From Octopus sinensis (taxonomy: Eukaryota): a stretch of 64,000 bases of DNA. The notes under the pieces were generated by a model that did no database searches, was not told the origin of the DNA, and worked only from the letters and a program-made list of their open reading frames with translations. Shown one piece after another: positions 1 through 11,408 of the stretch (position 1 is its first letter; every line of letters starts with the position of its first letter). The translations under genes were made by a program, and so were the position numbers. Where the stretch lies: positions 47,678,001 through 47,742,000 of the forward strand of contig NC_043001.1 in NCBI RefSeq assembly GCF_006345805.1, in the 5' to 3' direction.

Positions 1-359
1 AAAAAGTAAGGCTCATGAGTGCTACTCTTCCTTGCTTGACTAACTTGATGAAAAAATAGGTTACATTTCAAATTAAACGAGCGCAATAATCTCCACTCAG
101 AAAGTTGGTCTTGTTATTTGAAATGTTATAGAGTTGGTCCAATTTTAATCTCTCTCTCTCTCTCGCCCTCTGCAATAGTTTCACACCACGATAAAATCAA
201 AAAGCAAATAAAGTAGGGGTAAGTGAAAATCGCGTCACTATTTAGTTAAGAGAAAATAAAACAAAACCCGGAAATTCATGGCCTGCTTCAAAGATAATAT
301 TAACAACAGTAACATAGGAGGTTCAACAGGTCTAATAGCATTATATAGCTATAATATTT

Positions 360-693
360 AAAGTTAGCACAAGGCATGCGGAAACAGCATCGACCTGTTT
401 AGAAATAGGAGCTAAATTCCTAATACAACCGCCGGAAAGCACCAAATAACAGAAAAACAACAGTAAGCAAGGAAACGGATAAAGAATTAAGACATTAAAA
501 AAAGCATACCTTTAAAGAATATGCCATTCAGAAACTCATATACCTTGGTTTCGGATTCTGGCCCATATCCGTTTCCTCGCCAACTGTTGTTTTTCTGTTA
601 TTTGGTGCTTTCCGGCGGTTGAATTAGGAATTTAGCAACTATTTCTAAATAGGTCGATCGTGTTTCCCCATTCTCATGCCTTGTGCTAAGTTT
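360..693. repeat. Fold-back element: ~120-bp inverted arms (360-480 / 567-693), ~86-bp spacer, abutting (TA)n
   Basis: aaagttagcacaaggcatg...ccggaaagcaccaaataacagaaaaacaacag...ggaaacggat is matched by the reverse complement of 567-693. Confidence 0.85.
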
Positions 694-796
694 ATATATA
701 TATATATATATATCCAAATTGAGATAGGGGTTGTAAATGCAACCCTCCATGGGATAACATATATTCGATATACTGCTAGTGAAGTACCCAACAAAG

Positions 797-842
<46 letters not shown>

Positions 843-1184
843 TAAATGAGGGTGAAAAATTAGATATTAATTTAATAATACCATCAGTTTAACACCAAGT
901 GTTATATATGGTACGGCTATCATCTGTCAAGATGAAGCAATCATTGTATATATATATATGTATATCTATATTCATATATACGTACACACAACTCTATTAC
1001 TTGCCTATGGTGTAATCCTTTTTTGAAAAACATTGTATTTCAGTATCCTGCTCATCTAAAAAGATTCCCTCTCGTCTTAATACCAACCTTAATTTACATT
1101 CCAAATTGAAACTTCTTTCCTTGTGATAAGTATTGATGAACTGACTTGCTGTTCTCTCAATGAAAATTAAACTGTCATTGAATT

Positions 1185-1415
1185 TACATTATTTACATTT
1201 GACGGATATTTGTCCTCATCTTGTTTGTTGTTAACACAACAGTTCGGCTGATGTATTCTCCAGCCTTCATCAGGTGTCCTGGGGGAATTTCGAACCTGAT
1301 GAAAGCTGGAGAGTACATCAGCCGAACCATTGCGTTAACAACAAACAAGATGAGGATAAATATCCGTCAAATGTAAATAATGTATATAATTCCTGTTCCC
1401 TCAAATATAGAACTG
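1185..1415. mobile_element. Palindromic Penelope-like non-autonomous element: 91-bp inverted arms (1185-1275 / 1294-1384), each with a degenerate hammerhead motif, plus a short one-sided tail
   Basis: Arms near-identical in reverse complement; 14-bp flanking direct repeat tgtcattgaattta at 1173-1186 and 1416-1429. Confidence 0.7.
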
Positions 1416-1635
1416 TGTCATTGAATTTATATTGACCCCCATCATATAATTAGTATTTTTTCCTCTTCTTTTGAATTTCTTTTTCCTAACCCTTGAACGA
1501 CAAAATGCATTATTGGCCTAGTAAGAATTTTTTTTACTTTGATAAAGTAGGACAGCAACAATACAATGATCAAAGAATGAAAGCAGGAACAAACATTATT
1601 TTTGAATATTACTTAAACATCTAGAACATGCCAAA

Positions 1636-1816
1636 CAAAATGCTTAGTGGCGTTCTGTCCATCCTTACATTCTAAATTCAAATTTCACTGAGGTCGGTCT
1701 TGCCTTTCATCCCTTTGGGGTTGATAAAATAAGTATCTGTAGAGCACTGGAGTTGATGTAATCAACTTTACTCCTCCCTTGAAATTGCTGGCCTTGTGCC
1801 AAAATTTGAAACCAGT
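1636..1816 (+). mobile_element. SINE family A (tRNA head, gcctttcatcctttcggggtcgataaa central domain), decayed
   Basis: Aligns to intact copies at 18470-18852 and 45587; CpG sites mutated. Confidence 0.8.
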
Positions 1817-2069
1817 ATTACTTAAACATCTGGGTAGAGGAATGTATAAATAAAAATTGAAAACTTCCACGGTTTTTCTTATTGTATCACAGAAAAAAGT
1901 TAGACTGATGTGTATTGGGTAAAAGTGTGCTGGATGAATTAGACATAAGTTTGATCCCGTCTTCTTGCCATCTATTATAATTTCATTCACATCAAGGATG
2001 ATTTATAGAAGTATTAAATCAACTCCAGTGTTTAATTGGTATGTTATAATTTCTAAGTCCAAATGCCAG

Positions 2070-2247
2070 AGTTCACTTAGCAGTATTTTGCCATCCTTAT
2101 GTTCTGAGTTCAAACTCCACCAAGGCTGACTTTGCCCTTCGTCTTTTTAGGGTTGATAAAATAAATACTTAGTTGAGTACTGAGGCTGATCTAATCAACT
2201 TAACCTTTTCTCCAAAATTGCTGGCCTTGTGCCAAAATTTAAACCCA
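2070..2247 (+). mobile_element. SINE family A, decayed
   Basis: gttctgagttcaaactccaccaagg...ggccttgtgccaaaattt matches the family. Confidence 0.75.
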
Positions 2248-3151
2248 ATATTACACCTTTCACTTCAAACATTGTGCCTTCGTATGAAATTATTATTTTT
2301 GACAGTTAATGAACTGTATTTATCTTACTGTTAAAAATATATTTTTTCAATTTTTGATTTATCATTATAACATTGAATATTAGGGATTTCATATTTACTT
2401 GTGCCAGATTCATTGGCCAGGACATAGATTCCCTCCCAGACCATTAAGCTTTGGAGTGTCGAAAGTTGTTTTTTATTTTCTTTGACACCAGAGCATGAAA
2501 ATAGCTTTGCAAGTGAGAGATCTTATCTATTTCAATCAATTAATTATATTAATATTGTATAGTTTTAGGAGGCAGGGTTTTAGTATTCATTTTTAGGAAT
2601 ATCTACATATAAATCCACATTCTTTTTGAAAGTATGTATTCTCTCTTGAATATTAAGTTAATCCACAAACTGAATTTAACACCTTAAAACATTCCATTTG
2701 ATTTGATTTAATTTAATTATGAGAAAATCTTCTCAGTAATCTCATTTACCTTCTGAACATTTTTATATTTTCATTACAAAATATTTTAGCTGTCTTGTGC
2801 ATTTGTCTTGTGTATGTCTGTCTATCTCCTTATCTCTGTCTGCCTAATATTAGCAGACGTGGAAATATATTTTAAATATATTTGAATTTTTATTCATTCA
2901 TTTGTTTCTCTCACTGTAAATATAAAAGATATTATGTAATCAACAATATTTTTTAAATACCTTTTTATACATTTTGATTTTTGATTCAATAAATATAGTT
3001 TATATATTTTGAAAAACAGTTTTTATATTTGTTTTCTTAATTCTTAAATATTGAGACTTAAAATAACAACAAACTTTAAACAAAATTAATTTGTAACGAC
3101 CAAGCAATCACTTTTGGCCGTTAAAGTAAATGTTTAATTCATATGAATCCT

Positions 3152-3372
3152 TATGAGGGGTTGCTGAAAAGTTCCTGGCTTTAAGGGTACCATGAAAGAC
3201 CTGGTTAGAGGCCCAACCTTCCAAATCCTTTTACAGGGCTTATTAAAACTGAAGGGCCATTGTAATAAGTGTGTGAATCTAAGAGGGGAATATGTTGAAT
3301 AAAATCATAATTACCTGATCCTACTGTATTTTCTTTTACCCAAAGTGTGTAACTTTTCAGCATCCCCTTGTA
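3152..3372 (+). mobile_element. Mariner-derived MITE (internally deleted) with TIRs and TA TSD
   Basis: TIR tgaggggttgctgaaaagtt / aacttttcagcatccccttg flanked by TA; retains transposase C-terminal codons (KCVNLRGEYVE*). Confidence 0.8.
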
Positions 3373-4116
3373 TATGAAATATGCTTTTGTATAACCTCCA
3401 GGTTTGCCTATGATTAATAACATTCAAGTCATAATCGTCTAGTCTTTTATTCAGAGGTAATGGATTTTGGACTACATTAACCAATAGTGACCATCCTTTT
3501 TAAGATGGTAGAGTACCATCTGACTAAGATTTGGCTGCTACATTTTGCAGGTAAAGCCACCATACCAGATTTGTCCCATTTGTTGTCCCATTTAGGACAG
3601 TAATCCTAAACAAGGAAAGGAATTATAAGTATCTACTTAAATTAAGAAATGTTTTTCTTAATTGTAATCGAGTTGGAGGTTCCTATAAAGATTTTTAAAA
3701 AGACAATTAAATTATCATTTTCAGCACAAAAACTATTTCTTTAATTATTCAACACTACAGCTAGTTCCAAGTAAAATGGCCAAGTGGACATAGTATTGGA
3801 TGCAAGTTCAAATCCATTTCTGGTATCTCATATGTTTGGATATTTTTTACTCCTAACTTGCAGTAGCTGTCAGAAAGAGCTCCCAGATTTTCATTGTTAC
3901 CTACTAGGTAGGCTAGATTTATCGCCCATTTTCTTAATTATATGAAATCAAAGTGAAGTAGAAGCCATTAAGAGCTGCTGGATTTAATTCTTAACCCTTT
4001 TGTTACCATATTTCTTTTGAAATAAACTAACATTGTTTCAATTCTTTGGGAAAATAATGAAGAATTTAGCAAAACAAATTTGTTACTGTTAGAATGATAC
4101 TGAAACATATTGATTT

Positions 4117-4314
4117 CAAATTTTGGCACAAGGCCATCAAGAGGTAAGTTGATTACATCAACCCCAGTCATCAACTGTTACTTATTTTATCAACACTAAA
4201 AAGGATAAATGGTAAAGTTGAACTTGGCGGAATTTAAGCTCAGAATGTAAAGACGGTCAAAATTCCACTAAGCATTTTGCTTGGTGTCCTAGCAATTCTG
4301 TCAACTCACACCTT
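4117..4314 (-). mobile_element. SINE family A, decayed
   Basis: Reverse complement aligns to family A head, centre and tail. Confidence 0.75.
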
Positions 4315-4444
4315 ATGCCTGAGATATAAATTAGCATGAAATTCTGATGGAAGGTTGTAAGATCACTTTCAATCAGGAAGTTTATAAAATAGAACAAAGG
4401 TGGGGTCTTTACCTTTTGACTAACAGATTTAAAAAATAATTTTT

Positions 4445-4962
4445 TGTAACTAAACACTTTCAAACTTTGGACACTGGTAGAATGTGTCATATAAAACATC
4501 TTTTACTCTTAGTTTTTTTGAGAAAAGCTTATATTTAGGAAGTTATTTCACATTAAAGTTGTAGTATTTCGGTAATTTCAACCAATCAATGACGTGTATT
4601 CAGCTGAATAAAATTACTGCTGTTGTTTGTGTATTTCATTTTTCACTGTTATTTATGACGGCCCTAAAACCTCAACCCTAACCCTAACACCTTAAAGCTA
4701 AAACCAGTACAAACACACTAATGATGTCATAAATAACAGTGAAAAATGAAAAACCCACCACCGATAGTTGTTGTTGACAAACAACGGCAGTAATTTTATT
4801 CAGCAGAATGTGCATCATTGATTGGTTGAAATTACTGAAATATGACAACTTTAACGTGAAATAACTTCCTAAATATAAGCTTTTCTCAAAAACACTATGA
4901 GTAAAAGATGTTTTATATGACACATTCTACCAGTGTCCGAAGTTTGAAAGAGTTTAGTTACA
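4445..4962. mobile_element. MITE-like fold-back element, ~215/237-bp inverted arms (4445-4659 / 4726-4962), (CCCTAA)-like tract in the loop
   Basis: tgtaactaaacactttcaaac...atttatgac mirrored by gtcataaat...gtttgaaagagtttagttaca. Confidence 0.85.
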
Positions 4963-5008
4963 CTGTCATATATATATATAATATATATGTATGTGTGTGT
5001 GTATATAT

Positions 5009-5640
5009 GCTTTTGGAATCCAACCTGGAAGTCATTTTCCATAAGTGCGTCAAGGACCTTCTGTGATTCAGTCTTGATCTCAACAATGGTGTTAAAACGG
5101 TGACCTTTGAGCTGGAGTTTCATTTTGGGGAAGAGATGGAAGTACACAGGTGCTAAATCTGGTGAATACGGTGGGTGCAGAAGCGATATCATGTTGCTTT
5201 TGGTGAGAAATTCACAAGTGAGGAGAGCTCAGTGACAGAATACATTGTCATGAAAAATCCAATTCTTCACGCTCCACAGATCTGGTCACTTTCACTGAAC
5301 ATCCTCAATCACTGATGAATTTTCTCCAGATTTTCAGGGTTGATGCTTATGGCAGGTCTTCTAGATTGCTCATCATTTTTTGGGGGTTAGTCTTCTGCTT
5401 TTGAAGTGCCTGTGCCTCTCAAAACATTGCATTTGACACATTGCCTCATTGCTGTAAGCTTGCTGAAGCATGCTCAATGTCTCTATAGTAGACTTCCCAA
5501 TTTTAATGCAAAATTTCACATTGGCTCTTTGTTCCAGCTTCCTGCCCGTGACAAAAACTGCTGACTACAGCATACACATAATCACAAAAACACAAATTGA
5601 TGTCACTTGGCACACTGCCTCATGAAAGTCACTGCTAGCC
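5009..5640 (-). mobile_element. Decayed mariner transposon
   Basis: ORF 4869-5192 encodes HPPYSPDLAP..F.LFPKMK..LKG.RF, the mariner C-terminal motif; upstream extent inferred. Confidence 0.85.
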
Positions 5641-5715
5641 CTCACATACATACATCTTTATCTATCTATCTATCTATCTATCTATCTCTCCCTCTCTCAT
5701 CTTTCCTTCTCCTAT

Positions 5716-5750
5716 GTTTCCAACGAAGAGCTCCACTCGAAACGTTAAAC
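5716..5750 (+). ncRNA. Minimal type I hammerhead-like motif, degenerate core
   Basis: gttt-ccaacga-a-gag ctcca ctc-gaaa-cg-tt-aaac; stem I gttt/aaac. Confidence 0.5.
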
Positions 5751-5823
5751 CCTCCTTTCCTTCTTTCCTGAGCGTCCAATAATACTATATTTGTTGTGTT
5801 TTTTTGTACTTTCTTGTTTGGAT

Positions 5824-5903
<80 letters not shown>

Positions 5904-5927
5904 TACATATATATATATTATATATAT

Positions 5928-5971
<44 letters not shown>

Positions 5972-6094
5972 CATACATAAATAAATATGTATATATATAT
6001 ACATACATATATATATATTCACCATGATAGATCGGTAGCCACTACACACATTTTTTCTCTCTCATTGTTTCTCTCTTTGTTTCTTTCTGTGTTC

Positions 6095-6130
6095 CTTTCT
6101 GTGGAAGAGCGTAGGCTCGAAACGTTAAAG
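6095..6130 (+). ncRNA. Minimal type I hammerhead-like motif, variant core CUGUGGA
   Basis: cttt-ctgtgga-a-gagc gtag gctc-gaaa-cg-tt-aaag; stem I cttt/aaag is compensatory to gttt/aaac of sister copies. Confidence 0.55.
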
Positions 6131-6134
6131 ACTC

Positions 6135-7117
6135 TGCTCGACAGAGTGTAAGTACCTTGAGAGAAAAGTTGGATTTAAGAAGCATCAGTTGTGGTGTGCA
6201 AGAGAGACGATTGCGCTGGTATGGTCATGTAGCGAAAATGGATGAACATAGCTGTGTGAGAAAGTGCCACACCCTAGCGGTTGAGCGAACCTGTGGAAGA
6301 GGTGACCCAGGAAAACCTGGGACAAGGTGGTGAAGCACGAGCTTCGAACATTACGCCTCACCGAGGCAATGACTAGTGACCGAGACCTTTGGAAATATGC
6401 TGTGCGTGAGAAGACCCGGCAGAACAAGTGAGACCATAACCCATGGCCTATACCAGGGATGTAATCAGCCCACTTATGCATACCTCTCCTTCTTTGGACA
6501 CAAAACTCCGCTTGCGAAGACATGTTGAGGCAAGTGTAATTGAAATTGAATTCGAAATTGAACAAAATTTGACGACTGGCACCCATGTCAACCTCCCGTC
6601 ATTGGACACTAAACTCTGCTTGCAAAGACCTGTTGGGGCAAGTGAAATCGAAATTGAACCAAATTCGATGACTGGCACCTGTGCCAGTGGAGCGCTAACA
6701 GCTCCATCCAAGCGGGATCACTGCCAGTGCAGCTGTTTGGCTTCCGTACTGGTGGCATGTAAAAAGCACCATTTGAGCATGATTGTTACCAGTGTCGCCT
6801 TACTGGCACGTGAACAAAACATTTGAGCGAGATCATTGCCAGTGCTGCTGGACTGACTCCTGTCCAGGTGGCACATAAAAAACACCATTTCGAGCATGGC
6901 CGTTGCCAGTACCACCAGACTGGCCCTCGTACCAGTGACACGTAAAAGCACCCACTACACTCTCAGAGTTGTTGGCGTTAGGAAGGGCATCCAGCTGCAG
7001 AAACTCTGCTAGATCAAGATTGGAGCCTGGCGCAGCCATCTGGTTCACCAGCCCTCAGTCAAATCGTCTAACCCATGCTAGCATGGAAAGCAGACGTTAA
7101 ATGATGATGATGATGAT
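6135..7117 (+). mobile_element. 5'-truncated RTE-clade LINE: ORF C-terminus, 3' UTR and (GAT)n tail
   Basis: Frameshifted translation RLRWYGHVAKMDE...G(R)PRKTWDKVVK..LR.L.LTEAM.SDR..W; ends acgttaaatgatgatgat. Confidence 0.85.
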
Positions 7118-7325
7118 GTGTGTGTTTATTTCCACTACTGCTTGACAACCAGTGTTGGTTTGTTTACATCCCTGTAATTTAACAGTTCAGCAAAAGAGTC
7201 TGATAGACTAAGTACTAGGCTTTAAAAAAAAAACGTAAGTACTGGGTTGATTTATTCGATTAAAAATTCTTGAAGATGGTGCTGCTGCATGGCTGTAGTC
7301 TAATGACTGAAACAAGTAAAAGATA
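7118..7325 (+). mobile_element. SINE family B 3' half
   Basis: gcttgacaacc...gatagactaagtactaggc...gactgaaacaagtaaaaga. Confidence 0.75.
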
Positions 7326-8175
7326 AATATGTGTGTGTGTGTGTATTTTATGTATTTATATATATGTGTGTGTGTGTGTATCACCCTCCCTCCTCCCTCT
7401 CTATACATATGTAAATATATATTATAAGTTAATTAATACACATAAATATATATAAATGCACACACACACACAGCAAATTAAAGTAAATAATATATAACTT
7501 TCTTATGCACTTCAACTCTAATCCTGTCAAACCAAACTCTATAATGAAAAGAAGAAGGAAAGGAGAAATGAAAAAACATGATCAAGGACATGTTGAAATG
7601 ATATTAAATATTAATTTCTAACATCATTTTGAGACAGTCATGACCAACAAGCTTTCTTGCATGACTCATAACTTTTTCTTAATAGACGATGCATTATCAA
7701 TTAGACTACAGAGCACCTGCAAATAACTATCTCAGATTCTGCTTTTCTTTCTTTCTTTTCCATGTGGTTAGACATTGGTACATCCTGAGATGAGTTTTTG
7801 TAGATTTATATTATTAGTTGTAGTTATTGGCTTCCTTGCTCAACCCTCTTTTATTTGGTAGAGAAAAAGACATTGTATGTGATGCCCCACAACATAAATG
7901 ATTCTGAAAGAGTGAAAGAGAGAATAATAAATTCTTGTATTTGACTGGCACTTATTGACCTTGGTATGATGAGAGAGGAAGTTTACCTCAGTGAGATTTG
8001 AACTTAGAGTACCACTCTAACTATTCTGCTAATTTGCCATTTCTCACATCAGGTAAGCACAAATTGATTTGTCTGCTATATTAACCTATACTTGTTTATC
8101 TCTGTATCTTGTAGAGATAAAATACAATTGCTGGTTAGCCCAAGGTCAGTTTTCTGGTTGAACAAATCCATGAGC

Positions 8176-8413
8176 AAGGCGCTGAGCTGGCAGAAATGTT
8201 AGCACACCAGGTGAAAAGCTTAGCAGTATTTCATCTTAGCGTATTACGTTCTGAGTTCAAATTCCACCAAGGTCGACTTTGCCTTTCATCCTTTCAGGGT
8301 CGATAAATTAAGTACCAGTTACTCACTGGGGTCGATGTAATCAACTTAATCCCTTTGTCTCTCCTTGTTTGTCCCCTCTGTGTTTAGCCCTTTGTGGGCA
8401 ACAAACAAATAAG
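8176..8413 (+). mobile_element. SINE family A, full length, CpG-decayed
   Basis: aaggcgctgagctggcagaa...gcctttcatcctttcagggtcgataaattaagtaccag. Confidence 0.9.
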
Positions 8414-8769
8414 GACATTTCACCCTTGACCTTTGTGTATGTTTGTATATCTAGGATTACATTTAGCTTTTTGTGTCCTTTCTTTTTATGTAACTAAGAT
8501 GTGATTTGAGGGAACTTGGCTGCTAGTTCTAGTAGTTTGAACAATTGCAGCCAGTTTCCTTGGCTCAAAAGTCATACAGTTAAAATAGTGGACAAAATCA
8601 TTTATAGTAATTTGAGAAGAGAGAAAGTCAGATGCATTGTTGTTTAATTGACAATATAGTCAAGTGGCATGCAATAGAGATATGGTTCAAATTCTATAAC
8701 AGTAAGTGTACAGGTTTTTTTGTCATAAATTGATGCTTATTAGGTCTGTTATTATTTATGTTAAATATC

Positions 8770-8960
8770 ACAGCTAATAGTTTATAATGTGGATAAAGGG
8801 TCAAGGGTCTTCCTGAGCTATAGGCACATAAAGCCAGTTTCCTAAATTCTGTGGTGTATACAATCTTCCATGGATAGGATGCCAGTCTGTTGCAGGATTT
8901 CTCATTTTTGATAGCTGAGTGGATTGTAGCAGCATGGAATAAAGTGTTTTGTTCAAGAAT
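8770..8960 (-). mobile_element. Old CORE-like SINE body
   Basis: Reverse complement tgtattcttgaacaaaacactttattccatgctgc..ccactcagct (CORE-like), then cctgcaacagactggcatcc shared with the family D tail. Confidence 0.6.
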
Positions 8961-8967
8961 ACAATGC

Positions 8968-9111
8968 ATAGGTGTGGCTGTGTGTTAAGAAGCTTGCTTC
9001 CCAACCACATGGTTCCAGGTTCAGTCCCACCGTGTAGCACTTGGGTGTCTTCTACTATAGTTCCAGGCCAACTAAAGCCTTGTAAGTGGATTTGGTTGAA
9101 AGAAACCCATC

Positions 9112-9115
<4 letters not shown>
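8968..9115 (+). mobile_element. SINE family B head (tRNA-like plus CORE-like)
   Basis: gtggctgtgtgttaagaagcttgcttcccaaccacatggttccaggttcagtccc. Confidence 0.85.
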
Positions 9116-9158
<43 letters not shown>

Positions 9159-9191
9159 CATATGTATGTATATATATAATTATATATATAT

Positions 9192-9335
9192 TGCTCCAGT
9201 TCACTCAGCTCTAGAAATGAGTTGCGACGTCACAGGTGCCAAGCTGTATCAGCCCTTGCCTTTCCCTTGGATAACACTGGTTGCGTGGAGAGGGGAGGCT
9301 GGTATGCATGGGCAACTGCTGGTCTTCATCTTAAA
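9192..9335 (+). mobile_element. SINE family C internal fragment
   Basis: Matches the internal region of the copy at 34280-34622. Confidence 0.8.
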
Positions 9336-9412
9336 GATGAGCTAAACCCTTTCATTGCCTTCTTATTTGGATTAATATATGTGTGTGTGTGTGTGTGTGT
9401 GTATGGATATGT

Positions 9413-9718
9413 GTGGAGGCACATGGCCTAGTGGTTAGAGCGGTGGACTCGTGGTCAAGGGATAGTGGGTTCGAATCTCAGACCGGGCGATGTGTGTGTT
9501 TATGAGTGAAACACCTACGCTCCATGTGGCTCTGGCAGAAGGTAATAGTGAACTTCTGCTGACTCTTTCGTCACAACTTTCTCTCACTCTTTCCTCCTGC
9601 ATCTTGCAGCTCACCTGCGACAGACCGGCGTCCCATCCAGGTGGGGAACCTATACGCCAAGGAAACTGGGAAACCGGCCCTTATGAGCCACGCATGGCTC
9701 AAGAAGGAACAAACAACA
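9413..9718 (+). mobile_element. SINE family D, full length
   Basis: A-box tggcctagtgg, B-box ggttcgaatc; tail identical in type to 24735-25018. Confidence 0.85.
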
Positions 9719-9849
9719 ATATATATATATAATTAATATAGACAGCAGTATGCAATATTTTAGCAAAAAGAAAATGATAAATATGACTAAGGTGTTTGAA
9801 ACACCTACATTGTTAATATGTGTGTGTGTGTGTGTGAGAGAGAGCTGTC

Positions 9850-10010
9850 TATTGTAGGCACAAGGCCTGAAATTTTTGGAAAGGGGTATAGTTGATTACT
9901 TTGAGACAGTGCTCGACTGGTACTTATTTCATCAACCCCGAAAGGATGAAAGGCGACGTCAGCAGCATTTGAACTCAGAATGTAGAGACAGACAAAATGC
10001 TACTAAGCAT
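9850..10010 (-). mobile_element. SINE family A
   Basis: atcaaccccgaaaggatgaaaggc...tttgaactcagaa. Confidence 0.8.
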
Positions 10011-10089
10011 TATGTCCAATACAATAATGATTCTGTCAGCTCTTATCTTTACATACTTACATACATACATACATACATATATATAAGTG

Positions 10090-10192
10090 TTTTCTACTAT
10101 AGCCTCGAGCTGACCAAAGCTTTTTAAGTGGATTTGATAGATGGAAACTGAAAGAAGCCTGTCATTATATATATATATATATATATATATAG

Positions 10193-10261
<69 letters not shown>

Positions 10262-10600
10262 TACATAATATATATATATATATTATATATATATAGACAT
10301 ACATACATAATAATATATATATATATATATATAGACATACATACATAATATATATATATATATATATATATAGACATACATACATAATATATATATATAC
10401 ATATATATATATGTATATGTTTGTATGTCTGTGTATATCCCCATTACCATCACTTGACAACCGATGTTGGTGTGTTTACGTGTCCCTATAACTTAGTAGT
10501 TTGGCAAAAGAGACCCATAGAATAAGTACTGGGGTCGATTTGTTCGACTAAAGGCGTTGCTCTAGCATGGCCGCAGCCAAGTGACTGAAACAAATAAAAG
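10090..10600 (+). mobile_element. SINE family B with expanded central (TA)n/TAGACATACATACA compound repeat
   Basis: Head remnant 10090-10165, repeat 10165-10430, tail 10440-10600. Confidence 0.8.
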
Positions 10601-10672
10601 AAGATAATATATTTTTACGTTCGCTATTTCCAGTAAATATCGGTACTTAGTTGTGCCATTTATTTACTAATT

Positions 10673-10713
<41 letters not shown>

Positions 10714-10714
<1 letters not shown>

Positions 10715-11360
10715 TGCCTTTCCTCCCTTGGACACAAAGACCGGCTGAAGCAAGCGAAGTCGATATAGAACCTCATCCGACGACAGACACCCATGCCAAC
10801 CCCCCATGCTTGCGAAGACATGTTGGGGCAAGCGAAATCGAAATCGAAACCGAATTGAACCAGCCAGGATCCCATGCCTGGTGGTACGTAAAAAGCACTA
10901 TCCGACTCGTGGCCGTGGCACGTAAAATACTCCAATGCGACCGTACGACAGGCACCCATGCCAACCTCCTTTGCTTGTGAAGACATGTTGGGGCAAGCGA
11001 AATCGAAATCGAATTGAACCAGCCAGGATCCCTGGTCTGGTGGTACGTAAAAAGCACTATCCAACTCGTGGCCGATGCCAGCACCGCCTCGACTGGCTTC
11101 CGTGCCGGTGGCACATAAAATACACCAATCTGACCGTGGCCGTTGCCAGCCCCGCCTGGCACCTGTGCAGGTGGCACGTAAAAAGCACCCACTACACTCA
11201 CGGAGTGGTTGGCGTTAGGAAGGGCATCCAGCTGTAGAAACATTGCCAAATTAGACTGGAGCCTGGTGCAGCCTTCTGGCTGCCCAGAACCCCGGTCGAA
11301 CCGTCCAACCCATGCTAGCATGGAGAACGGACGTTAAACGACGATGATGATGATGATGAT
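10714..11360 (+). mobile_element. RTE-clade LINE 3' UTR fragment with (GAT)n tail
   Basis: Collinear with 6480-7117; internal ggtggcacgtaaaaagcac repeats. Confidence 0.85.
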
Positions 11361-11362
11361 AT

Positions 11363-11408
<46 letters not shown>

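Noticed and set aside
4670-4700. Interstitial telomere or chromosome-fusion scar
   Set aside because: Only about two perfect hexamers, and they are the loop of a fold-back element.
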